From the IMG/VR virus record IMGVR_UViG_3300027743_000358, positions 1-51,589 of that record: 51,589 nucleotides of DNA. The stretch is one strand, 5' to 3'. The position numbers and the translations under genes were made by a program. How positions within the stretch are numbered: position 1 is the stretch's first letter; each line of letters starts with the position of its first letter. Positions 29,615 to 38,187 of this stretch are shown here, in pieces. The stretch comes from a virus (Duplodnaviria > Caudoviricetes). The notes beneath the pieces are model-generated. The model did no database searches. It was not told the DNA's origin and saw only the letters and a program-made list of their open reading frames with translations.

Positions 29615-29676
29615 TTAGCTTTAATAAATAAAAGATGTGCGGAAGATGTGCGGATAAATAATTAAACCCTAATAAT

Positions 29677-29871
29677 ATGAAAGAAGAAAAAATCGTGGCA
29701 GTATTAACAATTTATTCTGCTTCTACTATGTCGGCAAAAGGGAAGAGAGATATAGATAATTGGCTGAATGAACAAGGCAAAAGCTTAATGAAAGAAGGGA
29801 AGAACTATCCTCCCAGATTTAGGGCAAAATATCTTTATGTGCCGAATAAAGACGACCACAAATTAGTTTAA
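29677..29871 (+). CDS. Hypothetical protein
   Basis: ORF in the tightly packed early run. Confidence 0.6.
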   Translation: MKEEKIVAVLTIYSASTMSAKGKRDIDNWLNEQGKSLMKEGKNYPPRFRAKYLYVPNKDDHKLV

Positions 29872-29880
29872 TTAAAATCT

Positions 29881-30072
29881 ATGGAAGACGAATTATATGA
29901 GGAAGCAAAAAGAATAGTTATAGAGGAACAAAAAGTGTCGGCTTCATTCTTGCAACGTAAGTTGCACATCGGATATGCTCGGTCAGCTTTATTGCTAGAT
30001 TTATTAGAAAATGAAGGAGTAATTGGTAAATATAATGGCACGAAACCTAGAGAAATACTATTAACTAACTAA
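29881..30072 (+). CDS. Stand-alone FtsK gamma (winged-helix) domain protein
   Basis: DELYEEAKRIVIEEQKVSASFLQRKLHIGYARSALLLDLLENEGVIG..NGTKPREIL closely follows the FtsK-gamma consensus. Confidence 0.9.
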   Translation: MEDELYEEAKRIVIEEQKVSASFLQRKLHIGYARSALLLDLLENEGVIGKYNGTKPREILLTN

Positions 30073-30077
30073 AACTT

Positions 30078-30398
30078 ATGGATAAAACAGAGGAAAATTG
30101 GGAAGAAAAGGAATACAACACAGAAGAATGGTTGAAAGATATGATGTTTGTTGTCGGAAAATTATCAAGAGAGAATTGGGTAGCGTTATTAGTATTGATA
30201 GAAGGGAAAGTTAGATATGAAACTCGCTCTACAATATCAAAGGTATTAGAGGAGGTGCGAGAGGGGATGAATAGGGAAGTAGAAAAAGCAGGGAATATGG
30301 AGGGAGAATATCAGGACGCAGGGAGGGCTATGCTTGCTGTTGTTGATTTTGCCAAAGCAGATTCAATCCTAGACACTATAATTAAAAAATATAAATAA
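30078..30398 (+). CDS. Hypothetical protein
   Basis: ORF in tightly packed run. Confidence 0.6.
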   Translation: MDKTEENWEEKEYNTEEWLKDMMFVVGKLSRENWVALLVLIEGKVRYETRSTISKVLEEVREGMNREVEKAGNMEGEYQDAGRAMLAVVDFAKADSILDTIIKKYK

Positions 30399-30399
30399 T

Positions 30400-30717
30400 A
30401 TGTTAGAAGATGCAATAGCAAAAGAACTCATTAAAGTAATAACAGAACCACGCCCAGACCAATGGGGGAATATCCAACCAAGTATTGTTTCGGATGCGTT
30501 GGCAAAATACGTAGAAAATAACAAGGAGGTTCTCTTTGAAAAAATAGCGGAAACATTTGATAGCGATAAGATAGCGGAACTAATATCGGAAAAGCTAGAA
30601 GATGTTATCAAGGGGATTTATGGAAGCTCCTATGAGAGAGATTTAATTAAATCTGGGCTAAAAGATAAGATAGGAGAACATTTGGCTAAAAAGATTGCGA
30701 GTGATTTGAAACTTTAA
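30400..30717 (+). CDS. Hypothetical protein
   Basis: ORF in tightly packed run. Confidence 0.6.
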   Translation: MLEDAIAKELIKVITEPRPDQWGNIQPSIVSDALAKYVENNKEVLFEKIAETFDSDKIAELISEKLEDVIKGIYGSSYERDLIKSGLKDKIGEHLAKKIASDLKL

Positions 30718-30736
30718 CTAACATTAAATAAATAAT

Positions 30737-30946
30737 ATGGATAAAAAGTCGTCTAAAATAACTATACTAAAAGAGAAGATTTGCGGTTTGCGATACGGAC
30801 AACTGATATTGAATGCATCAGCTAAATACCACAATAAGTATCCACTAAAAGTAGCAAACACACTATTCCGAATCTCTAATTCAGACCTCCAAAAAGCTAT
30901 AAATGAGTTCTTAAAAGAATATGAAATTACTAAAAAGAAAAACTAA
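30737..30946 (+). CDS. Hypothetical protein
   Basis: LRYGQLILN...LFRISNSDL, a pattern typical of small phage proteins. Confidence 0.6.
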   Translation: MDKKSSKITILKEKICGLRYGQLILNASAKYHNKYPLKVANTLFRISNSDLQKAINEFLKEYEITKKKN

Positions 30947-31322
30947 AACTAGGTTTGCGATCAAAATACCTTATGGTCCACATGAGTGGAGATTTTCAAA
31001 GAATTACGAGTACAATTCTTTGGGTGAGGCCATAGAGGCGCTAGACTATTATAATCGTCAGGTCCCGCAGATAGTGGAGGTGGACAGAAAAACATGGTCG
31101 GACACAATGCGTTCACTATTAGGTATAACCAGCAATATGGATATGCAAGAGTCGGGTTCGTATACTGTATTGTTTTCAGACAAATATACAAATATATGTC
31201 CAAAGTGCGGTAAGATATGTTGTATGGAGTGTTATGGAGATCTCGAGGATACAATATACATCGCATCCTGTAAAAATTGTGACGTTTTATTCATAGACAA
31301 ATTTATTAATATTAGACAATAA
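30921..31322 (+). CDS. Zinc-ribbon-containing hypothetical protein
   Basis: CPKCG...CKNC. Confidence 0.6.
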   Translation: MKLLKRKTKTRFAIKIPYGPHEWRFSKNYEYNSLGEAIEALDYYNRQVPQIVEVDRKTWSDTMRSLLGITSNMDMQESGSYTVLFSDKYTNICPKCGKICCMECYGDLEDTIYIASCKNCDVLFIDKFINIRQ

Positions 31323-31323
31323 T

Positions 31324-31857
31324 ATGCACGTATTAGACGGAATATCTATATCGCATATTAAATCTATGGCATTAGAGTGTCTTAGTAAGTGCCAGACAAG
31401 CCAGGCGTTAAAGGATTTTTTTCGCACACATTATGACACGGATATTCTATTTTACAAAATAGTGGATAGATTCTGGTGGATTTTACTTAGGGTCAGGGGT
31501 AGAGAGGTATTAATGACATCGCCAGTATTTTACAGTGATATTCTTGATACGGTTATTATATCTAAGATAATATGTAATATTCTACACGAACAATCAGTTT
31601 CGGATCATCCATTCATGGGGGCCGGATTAGAAGATTTTTGTGATAGTGCAGTTGTAGACAGTGAGTTTGCAGACAGTGAGTTTCTCGGACAGGATTGTTC
31701 TGGGATTTCACAAATGCCGGAATATGACCGGTGGTCTGTCGACGGCGGAACGACAACGGGTAGCTATTTTACCGGTACTATATATAGTGGCCCTGATACT
31801 ATTAGCGGATATACTAATCCCATCATAATGCCGAACGGAGATTATACTATCATATGA
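31324..31857 (+). CDS. Hypothetical protein
   Basis: ORF coupled to both neighbours. Confidence 0.55.
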   Translation: MHVLDGISISHIKSMALECLSKCQTSQALKDFFRTHYDTDILFYKIVDRFWWILLRVRGREVLMTSPVFYSDILDTVIISKIICNILHEQSVSDHPFMGAGLEDFCDSAVVDSEFADSEFLGQDCSGISQMPEYDRWSVDGGTTTGSYFTGTIYSGPDTISGYTNPIIMPNGDYTII

Positions 31858-32270
31858 CAGCAATAAAACACAAAAAGACCATATCTACTACTAAGATGAG
31901 GGATAAGGTCTGGAAATTGGTTAGTAAATATATCAGGATGAAGGAAAGGGGTGTTTGCTTCACCTGCGGGAACAGGAGGCATTGGAAAGAGCAGAACTGT
32001 GGCCATTTTATACATCAGGCTAAAACGTCTAAATTGGCGTTTTGCGAGGATATATTACATTGTCAATGCGTTAAGTGCAACAAGTATATGTCTGGGAATT
32101 TACTAGAGTACACCACAAAGATGGTGAAAATTTACGGCCTACAACAGGTGGAAACTTGGAAACGAGAATCGAGTAAACCGTATAACTGGAAAGTATCAGA
32201 GCTGGAAACTCTGATAGAAAAATATAAAGAATTAAATAAGAAATTGTCGGAAAAATATGGCGATATATGA
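31854..32270 (+). CDS. ninG: NinG/Rap-like recombination nuclease
   Basis: SKYIR...CFTCG...CGHF...F.EDILHCQCVKCN.Y.SGNLLEY. Confidence 0.85.
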   Translation: MTAIKHKKTISTTKMRDKVWKLVSKYIRMKERGVCFTCGNRRHWKEQNCGHFIHQAKTSKLAFCEDILHCQCVKCNKYMSGNLLEYTTKMVKIYGLQQVETWKRESSKPYNWKVSELETLIEKYKELNKKLSEKYGDI

Positions 32271-32499
32271 GTGGAAAGTATTTAGAAATATAATAGTTAA
32301 GCACAAATTAAGTCTCGGTGAGTCCGTCTCTTCTGTAGCGAATTGTCTAGCTATAGATACAAGCTTAGTTTTCGCCATAAAGAACGGGCTATTCGACTCT
32401 CAGACGGGATCTTTATTGAGGTCCCTCACCCGACAACAACAACAATTTTATGCAAAACCAGAAAATCTGCTCAGTTTGCGGGAGAAGCTATCCCGATAA
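32257..32499 (+). CDS. Hypothetical protein, possible HTH
   Basis: GESVSSVANCLAIDTSLVFAIKNG resembles a helix-turn-helix. Confidence 0.45.
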   Translation: MAIYEWKVFRNIIVKHKLSLGESVSSVANCLAIDTSLVFAIKNGLFDSQTGSLLRSLTRQQQQFYAKPENLLSLREKLSR

Positions 32500-32779
32500 T
32501 ACAAAGGGCAATAACAAGAAATACTGCTGTCCGCGTTGTAGGTATAGAATGGGCAATTACAAGAAGCGCGAGAGATCCTTAGAAGATAGACAAAGGACAC
32601 CTCACTATATATGTCAGAACTGCGGATATTTTATGCACTTGAAAGTTAATCCCATATATGACTATGCGGGGTTCAAAAAAGCTAGATGTCCAAAATGCAA
32701 AAACTTTCTAGGGCATATTCCAGAAGCCGATCAGTTGCTTGTGAATTTTGCAGAAGATCTATACTTTTTTCAAAAATAA
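32450..32779 (+). CDS. Double zinc-finger protein
   Basis: CSVCG...KYCCPRC and CQNCG...CPKC. Confidence 0.65.
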   Translation: MQNQKICSVCGRSYPDNTKGNNKKYCCPRCRYRMGNYKKRERSLEDRQRTPHYICQNCGYFMHLKVNPIYDYAGFKKARCPKCKNFLGHIPEADQLLVNFAEDLYFFQK

Positions 32780-32780
32780 G

Positions 32781-32861
32781 TTATCCACAGGTTAGAGTTT
32801 AAGCTATATCCTGTCTATCTTACTGAGTATGCTTGACAGGATTTTTTATTTGGTGTATGAT
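32781..32861 (+). promoter_or_regulatory. sigma70 promoter with distal DnaA box
   Basis: TTATCCACA 32781-89; TTGACA 32833-38, 17 bp, TATGAT 32856-61. Confidence 0.8.
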
Positions 32862-32870
32862 GAGATTGTA

Positions 32871-32980
32871 GCGGGTGGATAACGAGCTGGTTCGCAGTTA
32901 TCTCAAAGCGCAGATTCAAAAAGCCAATACGCGAAATTATATCAGGGTACTCGCTGTCGGCTAGTTGGTTGTCCACTCGC
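32871..32980 (+). ncRNA. Leader rod-like structured RNA B
   Basis: GCGGGTGGATAAC-G-AGCTGGTT pairs with GGCTAGTT-G-GTTGTCCACTCGC using several G-U pairs; starts at the expected TSS. Confidence 0.6.
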
Positions 32981-33002
32981 AGGATATAATTAAAACAAAG
33001 TA

Positions 33003-33473
33003 ATGGAAAAGAAGAAAATACAGGTTGTAGATCTTTATATCAAGAAAGACGGAACAGATGTTTTTCTTGAGTTAAAGACAGACCCAGCGCTAGAGGACTT
33101 TTTCAAAGCTATGTCGGGAGAAAAGGTTAATCAATCGTCTCGCTGGTTTGACACAGATAATAAGGGGTTGATGTTTTATAGCAGGACAGACGCAGTTTTA
33201 AGATTCAGAGAAGAAATAACAAAGGCAGGTATCTTCTGTTTCGATGATTTCGGAGACGGATTGCTCAGAAATAGTACGAAAGATCCCAATATAGCGTTAT
33301 TGAGGATTGTGGGGGCTTCTGGCGGTGTTAAAATCAGATTAACGGATATTATCAGCATGGAAGATGCCCATACCTATACTAGGAGGTTATCAGACGTGAT
33401 TAAACAGATTTATCAGAAGTATATAACTAAATGTGAAGCGAAAGCGAGTATCACCATATCTTATGAAAATTAA
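33003..33473 (+). CDS. Hypothetical protein
   Basis: First gene of the amidoligase operon. Confidence 0.65.
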   Translation: MEKKKIQVVDLYIKKDGTDVFLELKTDPALEDFFKAMSGEKVNQSSRWFDTDNKGLMFYSRTDAVLRFREEITKAGIFCFDDFGDGLLRNSTKDPNIALLRIVGASGGVKIRLTDIISMEDAHTYTRRLSDVIKQIYQKYITKCEAKASITISYEN

Positions 33474-34206
33474 CTTTGATGATCTTACATTGGGGGTAGA
33501 ATTAGAGGGGGCTTTTAGTAGTGATTTGGTAAATTTAGTAGACGAAAGGGGTCTCGGGAGATTTAGGGGTGATGGATCCGTGGAGTTAGATCGTCTAGTT
33601 AGAAGAATGCATAAACCCTTTGCGTCTCATGCCGAGTTCAACACCCACGTAGTTAATTGGGAAATGCTACAACAGATTTTAGAGTTGTTTAAGGCGCCAG
33701 ATTATTACACAGATGAGAGTTGCGGGTTACATCTTCACGTTGGTTGCAAGAAATTGACGCCAGAGAAAATGAGTTTTTTGATAGCAGATTTGCATTTTCT
33801 CAAGGGGATCAAGACAATGGCGGTCAATAGGTTCGGGCAGGCACAGGTAGATAGGTTGAATAGAAAGCTTTCTGCGGATAGATATTATGGTGACTATAGA
33901 GACGTGGAAGATTTGGATTATGGTATAGAAACAGGGTCAAAATACCAATTTGTAAGATTTCACCCGAATTATCATACACTAGAGTTTAGATTTCTATATC
34001 CGTATTGCGATCTTCCAGCAAGGAATATAGATAATATAAAGCTTTTATTATCCGCTTTATGCGAAAGGTTGAATAGCAAGCAGGTCTGGGAGTACCCAGT
34101 AGAAATAGTACAAGAGATTAAAAGGGGCTATTGCAAAAAAATTAACATAGATGTACCTATCCTCAGAGTTGGAGATACTGAGCATGAGTTCAATCTAGTA
34201 ATATAA
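33463..34206 (+). CDS. Putative amidoligase (COOH-NH2 ligase, Amidoligase_2-like)
   Basis: TLGVELEG, DGSV, EFNT, ESCGLHLHVG, KY..V, TLEFR. Confidence 0.85.
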   Translation: MKINFDDLTLGVELEGAFSSDLVNLVDERGLGRFRGDGSVELDRLVRRMHKPFASHAEFNTHVVNWEMLQQILELFKAPDYYTDESCGLHLHVGCKKLTPEKMSFLIADLHFLKGIKTMAVNRFGQAQVDRLNRKLSADRYYGDYRDVEDLDYGIETGSKYQFVRFHPNYHTLEFRFLYPYCDLPARNIDNIKLLLSALCERLNSKQVWEYPVEIVQEIKRGYCKKINIDVPILRVGDTEHEFNLVI

Positions 34207-34207
34207 T

Positions 34208-35233
34208 ATGTGTTATGTAGCGATAATAGCTAAAGTAGCAGAAGTTGGCGATCCTTTAGTAGAGGGCGTTATTAAAGTCGCCCTACACGATAAAGCGGTG
34301 ACTAATGATGACGGCTTTGGATTTATCAAGCTTGTTGAAAATGATTTCAAGATTTGTAAAACTATGGAGATGTCTGAAGCTAATAAGCTCTTAGATGACG
34401 TAGTGATGAACGATTTCGCAGGGGTCCATTTTAGGATCGCTACTCATGGCGCCAAAAATATCGGTAATGTACATTGGTGGAGATCTGGGAAATGGGCGTT
34501 TGCACATAATGGAACGGTTTGGGGCGAGGGTAGAAAAAGCTATTTCGGGACTAGTTCGTTGCAAGCTGAGAAAGCGGATAGCTTAGAGTTTTTTGAGAAA
34601 TTGTTAGATTCGTTGAACCGCAATAAAAAAGATTTTCCAAAAAGGATTGCCCAGATATTAAGAGATAACGTAGATAGGCATGGATTATATGGTAGGGGAT
34701 TTTTAATAGATCTAGAGAAACAGCTTGTATATGGTTTCGGGGATTTACAGGCGTATTTACTGAATGGGTCTTATATGGTTATTTGTTCCGCAGATACGGA
34801 TTGGGATTGCATAGATTATACAACTTTTGGGGATCTATTTTTTCAAAAAGAACAGACAGGGGCGGTTGAGGTTTTACATTCTAAGATAGAGGGCGGGTGG
34901 GTTTGGAATATACGGACTAAGAAGATGAAAGTATTGGAGACCCACGAATGGGTGGATAAAACAGAGGAGAAAAAAGACGAGACAAAGGACAAGGAAGAAG
35001 AAAATAAGAAGTTGCCATTACCAGCAGATCATTTATTGTCGGACAAAGATGAAAACTGGAAGCGATATCAAGATGAACAAGAGGAGATTTTGGATAGCGA
35101 TTATGGCTCTAATACGAGGATTTGGGATTATGACGATCAAGAGTTATTTTCTACCGCCTATAAAGTAAATTCCTTTTTATCTCGCGGTTTTGAGAAGCGG
35201 GCTAATTATTACAAAGGGAAAATAAAACCATAA
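34208..35233 (+). CDS. Class II (Ntn) glutamine amidotransferase-like protein
   Basis: Cys2, NDDGFG, HFRIATHG, N.H, FAHNGT, DS motifs. Confidence 0.85.
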   Translation: MCYVAIIAKVAEVGDPLVEGVIKVALHDKAVTNDDGFGFIKLVENDFKICKTMEMSEANKLLDDVVMNDFAGVHFRIATHGAKNIGNVHWWRSGKWAFAHNGTVWGEGRKSYFGTSSLQAEKADSLEFFEKLLDSLNRNKKDFPKRIAQILRDNVDRHGLYGRGFLIDLEKQLVYGFGDLQAYLLNGSYMVICSADTDWDCIDYTTFGDLFFQKEQTGAVEVLHSKIEGGWVWNIRTKKMKVLETHEWVDKTEEKKDETKDKEEENKKLPLPADHLLSDKDENWKRYQDEQEEILDSDYGSNTRIWDYDDQELFSTAYKVNSFLSRGFEKRANYYKGKIKP

Positions 35234-35234
35234 C

Positions 35235-35423
35235 ATGGACATTAAATTATCAAATTCTGATATTGCGGAGTTGAAAGTGCTTATATATAGTTATCTGAAC
35301 AGATATACTAGCATTATTGAGGGGGTAGTGAAAGAGGAGATAGACGATACAATCCTGCGGTTGGTAGCTATTATAGAGGAGATTATTATAGATAGAGAAA
35401 TTAAAAAAAGAAATTTACAATGA
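35235..35423 (+). CDS. Hypothetical protein
   Basis: ORF coupled to neighbours. Confidence 0.55.
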   Translation: MDIKLSNSDIAELKVLIYSYLNRYTSIIEGVVKEEIDDTILRLVAIIEEIIIDREIKKRNLQ

Positions 35424-35620
35424 AAGAATATCTTGTAGCGTTATCCAAAGTCGCTTCTAACTGGGTCAGAGTAGAAGCTCATAGCGCCAAAGAAGCAGAA
35501 TTGGTGGCGCTAGAGAAAGCAGATTTTTTATTATGGAATGACGGAGATATAATAGTTGAGAGTACTAAGGAGATTAAAAATGAATCTAAACCCGCCTGCG
35601 AGAAAATCAAAGCCAGATGA
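35420..35620 (+). CDS. DpnD/PcfM-like small protein
   Basis: MKEYLV...VRVEAHSAKEAELVA. Confidence 0.55.
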   Translation: MKEYLVALSKVASNWVRVEAHSAKEAELVALEKADFLLWNDGDIIVESTKEIKNESKPACEKIKAR

Positions 35621-35855
35621 GGTATAAAAATTTTTCCGCAGTTATGCTCTTTCTACTATGCTGTTGCAGTTTCGCTAGAATATGGGAGGGCGGTCATGTC
35701 GGGGTTGCGCTTTGCACTCTCTCGGTATGTACGATATGGGTCATAGGAGGAGTAAGTTATATTATTAACCGCGCAGGTTGGGATTAGATACATACCTCGC
35801 TGGATAAGCGCGAGGGTAAAGGTCGGAGTGTATATATAATTAAAAACATAATATT

Positions 35856-36065
35856 ATGATTTTAAGAACATTATTGAGATCGTTGTTAGCGCCAGACACA
35901 CAGAAATTGATTAACGCTGGTTTCCTTTCAGAGGATTTACATTATACGAGTAGGGGCAGGGAGGTTTTAAGGGTAATTATCATGGACACCTACAAAGATA
36001 AATTCCTTGCGAAAGCAGATGAACAACTAGAGCTGGAAGCTAAAGAAAAGAATTGCAACAAGTAG
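35856..36065 (+). CDS. Hypothetical protein
   Basis: AAAGGTCG motif upstream, terminator downstream. Confidence 0.65.
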   Translation: MILRTLLRSLLAPDTQKLINAGFLSEDLHYTSRGREVLRVIIMDTYKDKFLAKADEQLELEAKEKNCNK

Positions 36066-36077
36066 AAAGGGGGATCG

Positions 36078-36110
36078 CTAAAGACCGCTATAAAAGCGGT
36101 TTTTAGTTTT
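36078..36110 (+). terminator. Intrinsic terminator
   Basis: CTAAAGACCGCT-ATAAA-AGCGGTTTTTAG-TTTT. Confidence 0.7.
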
Positions 36111-36186
36111 CCACAGGTGGCGGATTGAGCTAGTGTTCATGCGGGTTTGTTCGGGCCTTGACAGCAAAAACTATGGGGTGTATAGT
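36107..36186 (+). promoter_or_regulatory. sigma70 promoter with distal DnaA box
   Basis: TTTTCCACA 36107-15; TTGACA 36158-63, 17 bp, TATAGT 36181-86. Confidence 0.8.
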
Positions 36187-36206
36187 GAAGTTGTGATAAT
36201 AAATAT

Positions 36207-36665
36207 ATGAAAAAAGAAAGCGATCAAGAATTATTAAAAGTAGCGGTAGATTGGGTTAAGGAAGCCCAAAGATTATATGGTACAGATCTAGGTGGCAGGT
36301 ACACCCTATCTTCAAAGAATGACAAATATCAAGATAAGATTAGCGGGGCGTTGAATATCTTATGTACCCTCGGATCCGTAGGCGGTGATCCAGTTAGGGC
36401 GACTTGTATCCAATTAGAGCATATTCTTTGGAACTGGGTTTTCTCGGTTTGTAGAAATACAGATGAATTAGATAATCTAAGGCAAGCCATTCATGAAAAG
36501 GGGGTTGATGATTTTGATGATCCGAAATGGGAGATCATAGAGGAGATTTCGGACAATAAGTTTACCCTGTTCCCAGCAGAACAAGACGCTATGATCCGAG
36601 GATTCCTTTTTGATATAATCGGCTTTTACAAGATAATTAAGAGAGTAAAGGTCGGTGAAATATAA
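36207..36665 (+). CDS. Hypothetical protein
   Basis: First ORF after the promoter. Confidence 0.65.
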   Translation: MKKESDQELLKVAVDWVKEAQRLYGTDLGGRYTLSSKNDKYQDKISGALNILCTLGSVGGDPVRATCIQLEHILWNWVFSVCRNTDELDNLRQAIHEKGVDDFDDPKWEIIEEISDNKFTLFPAEQDAMIRGFLFDIIGFYKIIKRVKVGEI

Positions 36666-36674
36666 TTTAATCTT

Positions 36675-36854
36675 ATGAATAAATACTATTTGATAGTCAA
36701 TAATGTAGATTATACAGACAACGGAGGGAGGATTCAGAGTGTGAGCATGGAAGAATATGACACGCTAGAAGAAGCGCAAATAGACGTTCCTGTTGCTGAT
36801 AACTATATTATCCTAAAAGGTTGCGTTGTAGAGGGAGATATTAAGGATTTTTAG
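36675..36854 (+). CDS. Hypothetical 59-aa protein
   Basis: Hand translation MNKYYLIVNNVDY...EEYDTLEEAQ...KDF*; AAAGGTCG upstream. Confidence 0.6.
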   Translation: MNKYYLIVNNVDYTDNGGRIQSVSMEEYDTLEEAQIDVPVADNYIILKGCVVEGDIKDF

Positions 36855-36857
36855 AAC

Positions 36858-37241
36858 ATGAGAGTAATATATATAGTAATATCTAATGAAGCAGTAGTGT
36901 TCCCCAATGGTCCAGAGAGAAATCCCTTAACGCTTAAATGTGGGGGCAACGAGATCGCTTATTTTTTGAACAGAGAGCAAGCCGATAAAATGGCGGTTGA
37001 GCTTGACGGGAGGGTGATAGAAAGGACAATGAACGAATTGGATTACAGTCATTGGGAGAACTATCTAGCGTCTTTAGCTGAACCAGTTAAAGATTACAAG
37101 ATAAGGGTATCGTTTAGTTTGGACACGAAAGAAAGAAGCCCCCAGAAAGCTGAAAATAATTTTTGGTTAGAGGTTAGGGAGGATAGCGGGCTTTTACACA
37201 GATTAGTGAAAGATAATTTAGTTGTAGTAGAAAATAATTGA
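36858..37241 (+). CDS. Hypothetical protein
   Basis: ORF in tightly packed run. Confidence 0.6.
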   Translation: MRVIYIVISNEAVVFPNGPERNPLTLKCGGNEIAYFLNREQADKMAVELDGRVIERTMNELDYSHWENYLASLAEPVKDYKIRVSFSLDTKERSPQKAENNFWLEVREDSGLLHRLVKDNLVVVENN

Positions 37242-37242
37242 C

Positions 37243-37512
37243 ATGGACAAAAACGAATTGGTAATAATCTATACTGACGAAGCGATAACTGATCTAGATG
37301 TTGTTGAGAGAAACAATGCAGGAGAAATTGCTAAGATGTTTCATAAAGGTTGCCAAGCGTTGCGTTGTTGCGGGGTAGAGAGTAACAACGATCTTGTAGG
37401 CATGAGAGCAGGTTTGATGTTAGACATACTAAATCATTTGTTCATGGATCTTCCGAGAGGATTGGACTACAATGGTTATGACGAAGATATAGATTTAATT
37501 TCCTCTTTATAG
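37243..37512 (+). CDS. Hypothetical protein
   Basis: ORF in tightly packed run. Confidence 0.55.
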   Translation: MDKNELVIIYTDEAITDLDVVERNNAGEIAKMFHKGCQALRCCGVESNNDLVGMRAGLMLDILNHLFMDLPRGLDYNGYDEDIDLISSL

Positions 37513-37514
37513 GA

Positions 37515-37648
37515 TAATGGTTACGAGCTGGTTTCTCGTATTAAATCGCGTACCATGCCATGGGGGCTGAGTTGATCTCTCTGATCTTCTTCCTGCGTGG
37601 GGGCGGATAGGGATAAAACTTCAGACGATTGGTAAACGCGAGCCATTA
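37515..37648 (+). ncRNA. Intergenic structured RNA C
   Basis: TAATGGTT/AGCCATTA closing stem; shares ACGAGCTGGTT with element B; inner CCATGC/GCGTGG. Confidence 0.45.
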
Positions 37649-37662
37649 CTGAGTTTCAAAAT

Positions 37663-37863
37663 ATGCCAGAATATATAATTAGATCGTCTCAATCAATTTA
37701 TTACGAAGATACTATTGTCGCGGATAGCGAAGAACAAGCGCGGGAAATTTTTTGGGATCATGGCGCTGAGAGTGACGGAGATTATGGAGATTTAGATATA
37801 GACGAAATAATAGAATCAGACGAGGACACAGACGAGCCAGAAACAGATTATATAAGAAGATGA
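37663..37863 (+). CDS. Acidic DpnD/PcfM-like small protein
   Basis: MPEYII...TIVADSEEQAREIF; ends ETDYIRR. Confidence 0.65.
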   Translation: MPEYIIRSSQSIYYEDTIVADSEEQAREIFWDHGAESDGDYGDLDIDEIIESDEDTDEPETDYIRR

Positions 37864-38009
37864 CCAAGCAAGAATATGAGCTTATACAGGATCAATTACT
37901 ATATGATTACGAACATCAGTATATTTCTTATGGTGAATTGGCGAGGGGTTTAAGGGCGTTAGAAGCAGAAGCGTTTGGTAGTCCCGAAGATGATACTATT
38001 AGAAGATAA
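37860..38009 (+). CDS. Hypothetical 49-aa protein, paralog of 38184-38348
   Basis: MTKQEYELIQDQLLYDYEHQYISYGELARGLRALEAEAFGSPEDDTIRR*; ATGA overlap. Confidence 0.6.
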   Translation: MTKQEYELIQDQLLYDYEHQYISYGELARGLRALEAEAFGSPEDDTIRR

Positions 38010-38013
38010 TAAT

Positions 38014-38187
38014 ATGCCAGAATCAGACACAGACGATATAGATACTTTATGGGAGGATTTAAGTAGATCGTTGAGGGATCCAGTATTTACTCGTTGGATT
38101 TCCCGCGATCCAGTAGTCCGTAACGAGTTGTTTCAGATGTTAGATGATGAATCAAAAGATGATGAATCCGATTACATAAGGAAATGA
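38014..38187 (+). CDS. Hypothetical acidic protein
   Basis: MPESDTDD...DDESDYIRK*. Confidence 0.6.
   Translation: MPESDTDDIDTLWEDLSRSLRDPVFTRWISRDPVVRNELFQMLDDESKDDESDYIRK

Noticed and set aside
29632-29654. Short tandem AAGATGTGCGG x2
   Set aside because: Only two copies with no supporting context; probably a local duplication
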